Source of the DNA: Microbotryum violaceum
Lineage: Eukaryota
Assembly (NCBI GenBank): GCA_001244265.2
Contig: CDLV01000004.1
Span: 806,001 to 870,000, forward strand
Reading direction: 5' to 3'
Length of the DNA: 64,000 nucleotides
In this document: positions 1-17,877 of the stretch, one piece after another
Position numbering within the stretch: position 1 is the stretch's first letter
Layout of the letters: each line of letters starts with the position of its first letter
Position numbers and translations under genes: made by a program
The notes under the pieces: model-generated
Told to the model about the DNA's origin: nothing
Seen by the model: the letters and a program-made list of their open reading frames with translations, nothing else
The model's database searches: none

Positions 1-257
1 GTGATGGATCCAATTGGCCAAGGACCTCTGGCGACCAAGGCCGATACGTTTTGGAGCACTTGTAAGAGCGGCCGATGAGATAGACGGACTCGCGGAGACC
101 ACACGCTCGGCGTGGCCGATCCAAGAACCCGTTCAGCCTCAACATGTCTTTTTTGAGGACGGCTTCGTTGAGCTCGCACTCCATGCACCACAGGCCAACA
201 CCCGCTCGCTTGTCATCTGGCTGGCCAATCATTAGGAGGGGATCCCAAAAGAAGAAC

Positions 258-414
258 TGTGGTGCGTAGATGTTTTAGGAACCTGAGGCCCGAGGCACGA
301 TGTACGTAAGCACGAGAGCCAAAGAAGATAGTAAAGATAGTTGGAGAAGAGAGAGAAGCGCTAAGGGCGCGCGCACTTGGAAGGCTAGAGGCGCGCGCGC
401 GGCTAATATCAACA
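258..414. repeat. possible LTR remnant (TG...CA)
   Basis: Starts TGTGG and ends TCAACA, follows a purine-rich tract, contains GCGCGCG motifs like other LTRs here. No partner or TSD in the window. Confidence 0.3.
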
Positions 415-831
415 ACTAGGTATTAAACTATTCTAAGTGGGATGAAACAGTAATACCCTTTTGACAAGATGTCCAGATTGGCGTTGGAGATGCGGCCGTC
501 ATAGAGCCTAGTCCAAGCCGACTTGACAGGTAGAAAACCGTGAACGAGCTCATCACCGCTCTTGTGGTCGTGTGCTTTGTTGGAATAGTTGTTAACATGC
601 CTGATATGCGCGAGGTGGTGGGTCGTTTGCGTTTGGAGCCAAGCGGGGTGCTTCCAACGTTCACTTCCTTTGGTTGCCCCTGTGGCGACTTCATCTTCGT
701 CGCCGTCGTAAAGCTTACCGCCTCCTTCATTGCAAAGGGGTACGCCAGCCTCGATGAAATCTGACGCCTGCATGAAGGCTTTTACCTCTACTGGCAATGG
801 CCAAGTTGACTGCGGGCATTGCTGGCTCGAG

Positions 832-5881
<5,050 letters not shown>

Positions 5882-6042
5882 TCAAGTTGGCGATGGTGGT
5901 TGAGCTGGAGAGCCCGGCAACACGTTGCTGAACGTTGGGCAAATTTGATTCCGAAGGACTAGAGGCATTGGAGCTCGAGCAAACGAGCTGAGGCGCTTGA
6001 GGGCTTGAACGGATTCCTTGCGATGCGAATGATAGTTTCGTT

Positions 6043-6372
6043 TTACTACCTCTATATACGAAAAAGGTGAGTTAAGGAATGTACCTAAAATCGCTGTTTT
6101 TAACTAGGTTGCGGCCCGGAGGGCCGCCTGTGGTGGATGTACCAGCATACTTTTGTGTCTGCCGCACCTGCCTGTGGCGTCGGGGTTCCGATCAGAAGTC
6201 ATGTACAAGCCCTGTGGTGACTTTTGTATTTTCCGCGCCGTTCCAACGAAGCTACAGCGCTCCCAGTATTTTCTTTCCTTTTCAGTTGACGTCAAACAAT
6301 GCTTACATTTATATTGCATTTAATGGACGGCAAGCGCGTGGCTTTGTATGACATTGCTTCTACAACACAGCT
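6043..6372 (+). repeat. element 5'-end-like repeat (TTACTACCTCTATATA...), diverged inverted homologue of 16382-16718
   Basis: Shares blocks such as ATGTACCTAAAATCGCTGTTTT, CCGCACCTGCCTGTG and GCAAGCGCGTGG with the reverse complement of 16382-16718. Confidence 0.75.
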
Positions 6373-7512
6373 CCGCCTGGCGCCTGGCGGCTGACGCGCG
6401 GGGCGAGGGCTAACATTTGTCACGTGATGCGGCGCGCCCGCCGTGTCATTGCTCGTCCGGCAGTCGACCACCGGCATTAGGGGCTAAACAACAAAACAAA
6501 CCACGTAAATAATCCTGTGCCACTCCCTCGAACCTTTCCTTTCTCCCTCCTACTCTCATCCAATTTTAGTGACACTCATTCAAGAACAAACCTTCGCTAC
6601 TGTGTAATGCGCCGGTCCAAGGTCGCCAGGGAGGGCCATCGCAACCTCGCCCAAGACTTGGGCGCGAGGGTAGCGCCGTACCATAGGACCCCCGAAAGCC
6701 CAGCCGGAGGCGCATTTTTTTTTTTTTTGACATTTTGAGGACCCAAAATCCCGAAAATCGTCGAGGCGCATTGCAAAAAATTGACATTTTGGGACGAAAC
6801 ACACATTTCGCCCCCGAGGCGCATGTCCAGATTTTGACATTTTCCCGTGAGTCGGCCCAATTTTGGCCTACCCTTGTTGAACTGCATTCTGCCAAGCCTT
6901 CGAACACTTCGACTTCGGGCCGCCGTTTGACGGGCTTGTCCGCCTTTCGCCTCGCGCCTTCGCCTTGGCGCCTTGACACGCGCACCTCTGGCTATATATC
7001 TAAGCACTCCAAAAAGTGGCACGCGCGGCGCCCCTCCCAGCGCCACTCTTAAGCGGCGTACCCATACAGGTTGCCCCCCCTGCAACCCGGGTTGTTCGAG
7101 GGCCCGAGGCCAAGGGCACGGAGGCTTGTGTGGGCTCCAACAGTTTCATCTCATGTACGTGTGTGCTCAAATCAGGTTATTCTAGTCATCGTAGTGTGTA
7201 ATTTGTATTTGGAACACTCAGTGTCAATTTTTTCGGTAAACTATCAGCGAGGAGAGGTTCGATTAGGAAACATCATTACTAAAGTGATAAAATGGCATTA
7301 TTGAACGTGATAGAGTCTCGTGCCCTTTCACCACGCTAACAAACGCAAGCGACACTGAGTGACAACGAGCGACTTGACGCCTCTTCACGCTTGACGCGCC
7401 GCTATCGACCACGTGCAGTCCTGGTCTTACCCCTTCCTGTCGCCGTTACGCTCTTCGTCATATATCTAGAGCTGGCATGGTGGCCTCTCGTCGTCGCTCA
7501 GTTCTTCGATGT

Positions 7513-10500
7513 CTATGACCTCGGGAATGGCCGCCATTCGCTTGGCAGCCGCGTGATCTTTGGTCGAGGATAAGCTGTTGGAAAATTTCGTCTCACGTGG
7601 GCGTCCACGGTCTTCCCAAACTGAGTGGTTCCGTTCTCAAAGATGGTGTGTTTGGAAGTTTTTGGACGAAGTTGATCAGGATTGAGCTTGTCGCGTATCA
7701 AACGTCGAATTGCTGCCGTTGCTTTGCCATCGACTCTCCCCGAGTGCTCGAGCGTGACCCCTGAATTTGACTTCGATTTTGAGAGTTTCGGTTTGGCTGT
7801 CTTCTTGCTACGATGGGGTTGCAATGGCCGATTCCTGGCTGATCTGCCTGTGTGACAGAACAAGACCAGATTGGAACGGAAGTCTCCGTTCCGGCAAGGC
7901 GTTCAGACATTGCTCACCTTTGACAGTTGAGCAGTTTGGCTGAAATTCAGCAACATCGGCTATATCGGCAGCGCGTTGGTCCTCGTCCTCGACGTCCGAA
8001 TCCACCTCGTCGCGTTCTTCGAGTTCGTCCTCTGACAAGGGCTCGTCTGGCTCGTTGTCGTCCTCCAAAGCCGATGGCATTTCAGAGTCCAATACTTTGT
8101 CGACCAAGGCTTCGACGGAGGCGTCGTGGAGCTTGCTTGATTTTGTTCCGTCCCGCATGTCCGACATTGCTTTTGCCGCTGCTGCTGCTGCCATGATGCG
8201 GTCTGCAAGAGAAATCCCACACCAATTGTCAGATTGTAGGCTTGTGAAGCCGCTACGAGGGTGATCAAAGCTTTCGGACGCACTCATCGCTGTGTGGTAG
8301 TCGCCATTGTGAACCAGCAGATCGCACGCCCAAAGATGAGCGCATTTATTTCCTGTTTGCTTGAATGCGCGACAAGGACAATAAGGCGCGCGAGTATCGA
8401 GAGTGATTGATGAATCCATGGATCTGAGTTTGAAATCCAAAGCATTCTCGCCTCAGTAAGGGCTTGGTAGCCAAGGCACTGGTACCCGTAAAACCTCACC
8501 GTAAACTAAGCACCCACTGGCCCTCCTTTTCGGTAGGGCGGAACTGTCCAAGCTCCCAGATGTCCATCGAATTTGCCAGAGTATCTCGAAGAACATGATC
8601 CGGTTTTGCATCCGATACGTCCTTCCAAATGTCATAAACTAGAGCATTGTCGAGTAAGACCACAACGAAATTGTCGATCCTAGCAGGTGCACAGCGCAAG
8701 CAGAATTGTCAGCTCTTCCGTCGAGATTCGCTCCTTGAGTCCGGTGCTACGCAATACCTCTTGTTGGCTCGGCCGTGGAGATGCTCTTACTGGATGGTCT
8801 TGAAGGCTCGTTCAGTCACGTTGTTGGTGTTGATGGTTTCCCGTGAAACGCCAAGGGGTAAACCATCATCTGTGTATGTTTCTTCAGAATTGTGGAAATG
8901 CGTGAGCCAAAAAACTGTGAGAGAACACGTAAAGAAGGAATAAGTAAGACTCACCGATCCACTCTTGTACGAACCAGTTGACATTGAAATACGCCCGAAA
9001 GTTATCCTTCTTTGCTTGTAATTGTTCTTCTTCTCGGCTGTTGCAACCCAGTTCCGACTTCTTGGTGACGTCTGATTTGTTTGCTGCTGGCTTGCGACGA
9101 CTTCGGAACTCTTTGTCGATCCATGCGTCCGATTTTTCAGAGAACGCCCGCTTCTTCTCTTCGAACTCAGCCGAGCGCCGAGCTGTCGCCTCGGCATCTG
9201 TTTCATGCTCGGTGCGTATAAAACGAAAGCGCTGGATGATGGATCGAAATTCGTACAAAATGCTGATCAACGTCTTGCGAGCAATCCGAGAAGGCTTGAC
9301 GGTGTTGCTCCTTTCGCCGTCATTCCTGTCACTCGACCACCGAATAATGGCCTGAACCACGTGGAATTGGCAAAGGCGTATGTGAAAGTTGAGGTTGTGC
9401 TTTTCTTTCCCTATAGTAACATAGATGCAGAAGACAATGATCATCAGTAATTCAAAATCGTGAGAGCAGTCTGCACATCTCATATAGTAGCCCTAGCAAG
9501 CAAGTGTCAAGGCGTTGAGCTCAGTCCGACATTTGTCGATCATGAAATTCGGTGGCTGCCACTGATTTTCCAAGATGAATTCGGCATTTTGGAGAAGATT
9601 TGGCAACCTGGGGACGAGCCGGGTAGGTTGGGCCCATTCTCACGAGCTTCTGAAGTACGCATGCAAATCGTCGACGGTACAGAAGGGCGTGAGCGACTCC
9701 TCTCAAAACTGTCGTGACGCGCAGCACACCCTGGTCAACCCATCTTACAACGCACTCCTTACAAGGATCGCGGCGCGCTCCTCGACCAGCCTCTTTACCG
9801 TGTCCAAGTAGATGACGAGAGTATCTGCCTTCACATCACTGGAGAGAAGCATAGGACCTGAAGAAGACAATACATAAGCGATGAAATGAGTCTTTGTACT
9901 CGTCCGGACCTTCCTTTCAAGTGCTTCCCGGGCTCTCACCTAGCGCAAGTTTGTCTTTCAAGCCAGTCGCGACGAGGGCAATGAGGGGGGCGCGGTTCTC
10001 GTTCAGGTATCGCCAGCTTGAGTCAAGTCCAACAAACCGCGACCAATCGCCTGAATCGTTCCCAACTGTGGCGAAGGAAATCAACACGTCGATGGAGTGG
10101 AGGGAGGCAAGGACGCAGATCAACGGCTGCTTCGTTTTCTCATTAAAAGGTTGAAAGCTGACAAGGGTAAATACCTCCGCCGCTTGTTAGCTCATCAGAT
10201 CGGCAAGCAGCTTAGATCGTGATCACTCACTAGGCCACTCCGCGTGTCTTGGGCTCCGTTGCATTTTGAAGGGTGAACGGTCTCAGCTCAGCCGTGCGAG
10301 CTAGCGAGTACAAGGCGGATCCATACTGCGCGTTCTGTCGACCTTTTGCCCTGAACATATTGCGCAGCTGCTTTGCGCCGACTTTCCTGTACTGCGGGAG
10401 AATGATCTCGTTCTGTTTCTCCCAGAACGACATCCGCTGGTTCATATCTGTAAAATGATCGAGTCCATCATCCAGAAAGGAACTGATGGTCAGTCTTGAG

Positions 10501-11775
10501 AAGTGAAAACTTCTTGTGCAAACTTGGAGCACACACTCACTTTGAAATGCAAGCGTGGGCGTGTTGGCCTGCCGAAAGACTTCCTGATGCGCCAACGCAC
10601 GAATGAAAGGGGCTGGACGTCGGACGTGAGGCGGTGGTTGGCGTCCTTCCGGCGGCCGAGGGTGTACACCAGCGCCGATGAAAGATCGTCGGCCTGAACG
10701 AGGATCTACACAAGGGACGAAGAAGGCAACAGAGAGTCTTATCAGCCACCCAACCCAAGCTCCTTTGATTTCCTATCCGGGATGATCACCTTGAGTTGAG
10801 TAGAGCATGTTTTCCCGGGGTCCTTGTCATTGTCTCGTTTCTTGTACCCAAGTTTGCCATCCTTGACCCGAACTCTTTTGCAGGCCCCGAGCAACGATGT
10901 GTATTCCGTAGAACCTCCGCAACAGGTCGACCTTCGCCGGGTTGACTCCAAGGTTCTCGAAGGGTAATAGGCACTTCCGGACGCCATTCGATCCCCACTG
11001 CCACTTCCGACGGATGTTGGTGATGAGTAGACGAGGGCGCGTCACCGTAAGGTCGCTCGACGACAGCGAGACAGCGTTCATATTTGCGTGGAGCCCAGTC
11101 ATGCTTCTGTTAATAGATCGCACCGATGAAGGTTAGGTCGTTCACAGGACGAAACAAAACGCAGCGCAGCATGCAGCTTCAACATACCTCTGTAGCCATG
11201 AACTTTGGGAGCTCCAGGACAGGATGTTTGCGTACAAATTCCCATCCGAACCTCGGCTTGCGACAATTGAGAACAAACGGCCTGAGACGGAGCTCGTTGT
11301 GCTCTGCAGTCGTGAGGATCACGTTTGAGAAAATTGCCTCGCGCGTCGTGTTCGATAACTCTTTGTCCTGTCGAGAGGGCTCGTACGTGTGCCGGTCAAG
11401 GATCTTCTTGTCGTTCCGAGCCAGGAGTAGTGCCGAGAAGATGTTGTCAATTGATTTCTCGTCCGAATTGACGTCGTCGACTCCGTAGTAACCCTCGTCT
11501 GCCGAATCCTCGTCGGAGTCTCTCGAACGGCTCTTTGGAGAGATTAAAAGCCCCGAGACTGCGGAGGGGCTAGATATCGAGGACTTTGAGGGAACCGGGA
11601 CCAAAGCTGCCAAGACTTGCAGACTGTCCTCATCCTCATCCACTTCCGAGTCAACTTCCGATGCGTACCCCTCTGGGGAGCTTTGTTCCTGCAACGCGAT
11701 GGGTGGTCGGCCCCCTTTGTTTTGGAGCAGTTGGCTCATTTCTCCTGTCGACATGATAAGTGCGATTGGCGCCAT
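7513..11775 (-). CDS. Mutator-like (MULE) transposase with SWIM zinc finger, multi-exon, possibly disabled
   Basis: Exons carry GLDSSWRYLNENRAPL (first D), FMIDKC (second D), IRLCQFHVVQAI (CxxH), NTNNVTERAF (E) and CPCRAFKQTGNKCAH (SWIM CxCxnCxH). Exact exon boundaries not resolved. Confidence 0.85.
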
Positions 11776-12190
11776 CTACCTTGAAGGTAAACCCCTCACT
11801 GGGCGTCGTTTGCTCGAGATGCACAGTATTTCCGCGCGACTAAGATAGGGAGGAGTGTCTACGTGAGGACTTTATGTGTAAGAAGAAAAAGAGAGTGGGG
11901 GAAAGACCAGTGAGCGTGTGAAGCTCTGAGGAAAGGAGCTGCTTTCAGGGGCATTCGTGAGTTTGCCGGTGTAGCCCGTCAAACGACGAGCGCCTGCGAG
12001 TTTTGGCGCGGCCCCAGGGCTTTCGCCGAATATTTGAATTTTCTCGAATAACGGTGCTAACGATTGCAGGCCTAAGGAACACTGCAGCTCACCCATGTAG
12101 TAATTATGTCATTACCGCATAAGTATTCTAGTCAGCAAGAAAAAAACGTTTGCTCCACCCTATGATATTTATTGCAAGCTACGCTTGCTG

Positions 12191-12315
12191 CACCTCGGGC
12201 AGACATAAAAAATACGCCTAAACAGGCGCGCGCGCAGCGCCCCCTCACGTGCCTTCCAAGTCACTGCCTCAGCGGGGTGTACCCTTGCTACCCCAGTGTA
12301 CCCTTGCTACCCAGG
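12191..12315 (+). repeat. conserved element terminus CACCTCGGGCAGACATAAAAAATACG, copy 1, with GTGTACCCTTGCTACCC x2
   Basis: About 83 bp near-identical to 47014-47096; first 26 bp identical to 56630-56655. Confidence 0.8.
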
Positions 12316-13189
12316 GCGCCGACTTGGCCCCCCCGTTGAGGTATGCCCACCTCGATGTCGAGCTACCGAGACGTTCACTCCCACTATAACTCGGTGGAAA
12401 ACCTGGAAACAAAGGCACAGTCGGCGAGTAATAGTACATTCGGATTTTTGCGTATTTTTTGAGAGTTACTATTGTCCTCTGCAAGCTGAACAAGAGCGCT
12501 ACCTCGAACACGTGATTCGGCACGGGTCGCGCGGAACAATTGGGGCCGGGACTGGCCGGGACGTCGACGCGTCACGACTCCGGAGACGCTGGAGAGGGCC
12601 GCGACGCGTCGCGCTCGCGCATACCGCCCATTCTTTTGCTTTGCTCAATCGCCCCCTACTACGTATACGAAGTAACGAACTAGAAACGAGCATCCGTGAC
12701 CTTGCGACAGTCTGAAACGAACGCCCACTTCGAAATACCGGATCAGTCATAGTCTTGCTGCTCCTGTCATGATGAGTCAATCCCATCAACTACCTTCCAA
12801 ATCGCAGCCAACGTTTGGCGCTCCGGCGATGAACAGCAGTATGTTTGCCGCCGATCGACACGGGTGCTCTGCCTGGACTACCGGCTCACGATCACATCTG
12901 ACACATAGGTTCATAAGCTGCCTCTAGGTACGAGTCGTGCACCTTGCCTTGGACTCCCTATCAGTCCGCATATAACGACTATTCGGGACCGTGGGTGGCC
13001 GTCGCGTCGATCGCGTATAGCATCGGTCTGTTCTGACGTTACACCGTCGTGCACCCGATCCAGCGTCCACTTCCGCTGGCGTAACGGCCATCTCGAATCC
13101 TGCGTCGTACAACTATCCATCGTCTCCGGGATCTGCTTCGTCCAATCAACCAGTTTACCGTCCCACGTTCCCCGATCCTGGACGCATCG

Positions 13190-13760
13190 ATGGCCCATAT
13201 CTAGCTCCGCCAACAAGCAACAATCTCGCAAGCATCGCAAGTATGGTCGAACAAGGAGGAAACAATTCCGACAGCACGGGTATTGTCTTTGACGCGGCAG
13301 ATTTGCCAAATACTACTTAGCCTTCCGCTCACGATCGCCAAACGTCGCGGGCCGCACAAGTTTCCCAGCTCCGACCGGAATACCATCCAATGCTGCACCG
13401 AAAAAGCTCCCGGCTTTGACGACCGAGCGGAGGACAGCAAGTTGGACGCCGGCGAAGAGGCTGTTGCCGGAGGAGCTATACGAGCAGGCGTACTCCGCTG
13501 ATACGCGCAACCCCAACAAGACGGAACGAGAACAACATAAGGCGTGGGCTGTGCAGAGGTTGTACGAAGAATTCGAATACTGCATCGAGAATAAGATTCG
13601 GCCGGACGACTTGAGACAGGTCACTTCGCCCGTTAGCCGGCTATCGGCGAGCAACCCATGGAACGACTTTCAGAAAAGTCGATTCTTTGCAGCGCTTCTG
13701 ATCAACGACGAGCATACCGGTAAGCCAGCGCTTCAACTTCGGCCTTCTCGTCTATCCTGA
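13190..13760 (+). pseudogene. TE-associated hypothetical protein fragment (…SNPWNDFQKS…)
   Basis: ORF 13416-13760 has protein-like composition and a GTAAG donor near 13719. No family recognised with confidence. Confidence 0.3.
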
Positions 13761-14499
13761 CCAACTCAACGCTGAGCAATGCATTCTATAAGTACATTCA
13801 GTTCCAACCAAATTGATGCAAAGGAAGGACCTAGCGTTGTATCCTCCATCTCGTCAGCAGGCGGTATTGGGTACAACAGCTATATCGCATTTCGGTTCCG
13901 AATTCGACTCTTGGGAACATTGGTATAGGAAGATTGGTATTATCTATAGGGATAACTCTAATACCAATTAGCTAATAAGCTTCGCTTCACGGCTCGTGGG
14001 ACGCCCAGAGGTGCACCGTGCCAGAGTGTGCGAGGAGGGGGAGCAATGGTACACCATCCCTCTACCAAGCTCCCCCCGGGCCAAAAAACAGAAAAGCTGC
14101 CTTATCGCGCGTGCGCGCACGAGTTTTTTTGGCTGGCTTAATGGACCTGCCGATCTGGAAGGGAAGGAAGCAGAAGGGAATTTCCCTCATTTGACGACGA
14201 CAGCGCAGGTGATGCTCGTCTTCTTCTTGACACTGACGATGGTGCTTAATGTAGGTCCAAGCGCCGCGCGTGGGGTCGAGATTCAGTTTCTCCGGCGAGG
14301 GGCGAAAAGCGATTCTCACTGATAAAAGGAGACTGTATCTAGATTACTCAAGTTCAAGCTGTTGTACTTAGTCTGGAGGCGATAGGGAGGGATCTGACTA
14401 TTGAAGTCGTCAATTATCAATGGCTTGTGAAGCCGACGACGGTGGGACATCTATTCTCCGAGTTGAGCGGGCCACTGAGATCTCGCTCCGCCAAAATCT

Positions 14500-16218
14500 A
14501 TTCTCACAGACTTCGGCCTATTCACTTGCGTTCGGTGCCGTCTTACTTTTTTTCGGTCGACTGGCTGATATCCACGGTCCTAAGCTGTCAGTCGTGCCCA
14601 CCAGGACCGTTTGCCCAAGTCCGGTCTACTAATCGAGCCGCGACCCTCTCCTCTGCACCATCTTCCAATTCGGCATGGCATTCTTCGCCGCCTTCTCTAT
14701 CGGCGTCGCTCTCGCGACCAACCAAGTCGCTATGGGGAATTTCAGGGCCATGCAAGGCGTAGACATGGGGGCCGCCGTCCCCTCCGCCTCCGCACTGGGT
14801 ATCCTGGGCGCATCGTTCGCCTCTGGTCAGGCCAAGAGCACAGCTTTCGCCATCTTTTCCGCTGGGGCTCCCTTGGGAGGATCCCTTGGATTTGTTCTTG
14901 GAGGGTTCATGACGCAATATGCGAGTTGGAGAACAGCATTCTACGTATCTGCTGGGTTGGGCGTCATCGTCATCGTCGGGGCCCAATATTTCGTCCCTCG
15001 GGATCCACCACGCAACATGGAATTGACCGTTGCCTGGATCGGCGCCGCTCTCATCACCATCGGTTTGACGCTCTTCACCTTCGCCCTTGCCGACGGCTCA
15101 GGAGTCGGTCGGAACACCCCCTATATTCCCATCATGTTTGTCTTGGGCCTGCTCACCTTGGTTGCGTTCTGGTTCTGGGAAAGACATCTCGAGTTTAGGA
15201 CGGAGAAGCAGCCGTTGATGTTGACGGCCTTGTGGTTTCGAGGGAGGTTTGCGTGCGTGCAACTCATGGGGGCGCTGGGGTGGTGTGCATTCAGCTCGTT
15301 CATGTGAGTCAAAATTCTGCGTTCCTTTCTATGCTGAAATTTTAGAAAGCTGATGCCGTCGCCTGTGCCCTGAATCAGGTTCTTCGCCACCGAGTGGTTC
15401 CAGAACCTTCAAGGCCTGACACCTCTTCAGGCAACGGTGCGATTCCTCCCCAGTCCAGTCACAGGGCTGATCCTCAATGTGAGCATGTGGCGGAGCCGTT
15501 CATCGATAATTTATTTTCCAAGCCCTACGCTGACAATGGTGTCCCGGGGTACGCTCGCAGATGATCGTCGCGGTGCTCGCGAGTCGAATTGGTGCTCAAT
15601 GGTTGATCGGCATTGACACACTTGGGACCGGTATCGCTCCACTGCTCTACGCTGTACAAAAGCTTCATGCCACCTACTGGTACGTTTGACGTGAAGCGGT
15701 AACTGGTTTGAGAAAGCGAATCTCAGACAAGCCCTTCGTGCTTGTACAGGGCCTTCCAATTCCCCGCCATGATCCTCTGCGTCCTCGGCGCGGACTTCAT
15801 CTTCGCCCGCTCGATCCTTTACGTCTCCAAAGTCGCCGGACCGGGCCAACAATCCCTCGCGGCTGGGTTGTTCAACCCTTCGACCCAACTCGGGACGGCA
15901 ATAGGGCTTGCGATTGCGACGATCGTGCAGACCAAGGTCGTTGATAAGAAGGTTGCGAACTTTGTGATCGTGTCGACCAGTTCAACGGTGCCACCTTTTG
16001 CTGTGGAGGCGGGGCTGAGAGCGGCCTTTTGGACGTGTGCGGCTTTTTCGTTCGCGGGTTCGGTGGTCGTGGCACTGTGCTTGAGAGGTATTGGGAAGGT
16101 CGGGACGAGGACGTTGAAGAAGGTTATGGCGGAGGAGGAATCGGCACAGAGTGTGTACCCATGTAACGCTTTGGTTACTCGTTTATTTATATCATTTGGC
16201 AATTCTAGAAACAGATAA
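14500..16218 (+). pseudogene. MFS drug:H+ antiporter (DHA2-like), 5'-truncated
   Basis: SAYSLAFGAVLLFFGRLADIHG (motif A), RAMQG (motif B), GAPLGGSLGFVLGG..WR (motif C). GT-AG introns near 15304-15379, 15479-15560 and 15680-15749. First TM segment missing; first acceptor reads CAC rather than CAG. Confidence 0.85.
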
Positions 16219-16381
16219 ATTCATCCAGGAGATCATGGCATCGTGCTCCTGGGTCACGCCTTGTGGCCAAGAGGACACGGGGTATCGGGATGCCAGAAAT
16301 ACGTCACGTGATCGACGGGGCATCCCGCATGCAGCGTAGCGGCGGCCGCGTCCGCGCGTCAACGACAGCGAGACCACGCCT

Positions 16382-16718
16382 GAGCTCTGTAGAAGAAGTG
16401 TCATGTAATCCCACGCGCTTGCTATACATTAAATCCTACACAAACTGCTCAATAGTTGGGCACCCCGCCAAAAATCAACAAAAATTGTCCTCGGGCTGTA
16501 GCACGACTTTCATGGTGCAGAAAATGCGGAAAGGGTCGTACATAACTTCTGGCCGGGACGCCAATATCACAGGCAGGTGCGGTAGACCCAATACTGTACT
16601 GGTACATTCACTATAGGCGGCCCAGAGGGCCGCAACACAGTCCAAAACAGCGATTTTAGGTACATGGGTCGCGGATCGACCTTTTTATATATATATATAT
16701 TATATATAGAGGTAGTAA
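16382..16718 (-). repeat. element 5'-end-like repeat with (TA)n expansion, homologue of 6043-6372
   Basis: Minus strand begins TTACTACCTCTATATA, directly after a Helitron-like 3' end. Confidence 0.7.
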
Positions 16719-16726
16719 GGTAGTAA

Positions 16727-16899
16727 TTAGGTTCGGCGGCGCGCGGAGCGCGCCACCTCACATTGAAAATCAGCAGTTCTGTTACATTGTTGCAGATGGC
16801 TACGGTTCTACGCTGCTTTCATCTATGTTTTCGGGAGTTTTTGCAGGACTGGACTTCCGAGCTTTGATCATCGGCAGCTCCACCTTGCCGTCGTTGCAA
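16727..16899 (-). mobile_element. Helitron-like 3' portion (GC hairpin + CTAA) with the CNDGKVELP coding remnant
   Basis: Hairpin GGCGCGC-nnn-GCGCGCC at 16738-16754 sits 7 nt before CTAA (CTRR) on the minus strand. 16899 downward encodes ..NDGKVELPMI. Confidence 0.6.
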
Positions 16900-17877
16900 C
16901 ATAGCAAAAAACGGGGGTATTTCGGGTATGGCTTTGGGAGTGCGCGCTCTGCCGAGACGATCCCGGCGCCATCCCAGCACCATCCCGGCGCTCGGCGCTC
17001 AATTCTAAGACGATCCCGGCACGCGCTCGCCCTCTTGGGGCCATCCCAGGATCGGGAAGGAATTTCAGGACGGTCTCAGAATTGAAAGTCGGACGCTGGA
17101 ATGACCTCGGGACGGTCCCGGCGGCGCTAGGTTGCCAGTCCGGGTATGGTTCTGGAACTCTGGTGTAATCGCCCATGGTACTGGGAGTAGGAGGTAATTC
17201 CGGGATGGTGCTGACAGTGTACCAAAATACATAGGCCTCCGCCTGGACAGAGGCATGGTGTAGGGCTTGTACAGCATGTGCAGAAGTTCTACCCCACGGG
17301 TCCAAAGAATGGCTCTTTATTCTGGCGCAGTACAGATGAAAGATGTGGATTGCCATGAACTACAATGGCGGCCGTTGAGGCGAGGCCTTGCCGGGCCAGC
17401 CGCCGCAGCCGCCGGGGCCGCGGCGGCAACAGTTAAATTTCGATGCGAGGCGATCTTTGGTCCAGGGAGACGAGAACACGAACTTCAGTCAACGGTTGAT
17501 AGCAGAGTCAATGATTGGTGAGGAACCAATCAAGAGGACTCTGCACAGCCGCTGACGCAGTCCGCGCCTCCCTGGCCAAAAATGGCTTAAACTACCCAAA
17601 AACCCCAAAGACGCTTCTAGCCATTACTGCTCGCGCAGTCCCTTCCAACACGCCCCCTGGCGAGGGAGCATCCACCATTCCAAGCATCCGAACAAAGGAC
17701 TCATGCGGTGCGCGCGAGAGTCCCTTGGTGAATCCGTCCGCGACCATCTCCTTGGTCCTGATCCATCGGAGCTTGATGATGCCGTTCGAGACAAGTTTTC
17801 GAGTAAAGTGGTAGTGTGCTGCAATGTGCTTGGTGGTCGCGTGTGAGGTCAGGTGATCGGCCAAAGCAATTGCTCCC

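Noticed and set aside
423-831. ORFs flanking gypsy-1 as an interrupted host gene
   Set aside because: No recognisable domain in any frame and no convincing continuation beyond 5886.
6043-6060. TTAC ends as a Starship/tyrosine-recombinase target
   Set aside because: No tyrosine recombinase (captain) ORF seen anywhere in the window.
13947-13964. TAGGGATAAC resembling an I-SceI site
   Set aside because: Only the first 10 of 18 nt match; it lies in the loop of a short AT-rich inverted repeat and is likely chance.
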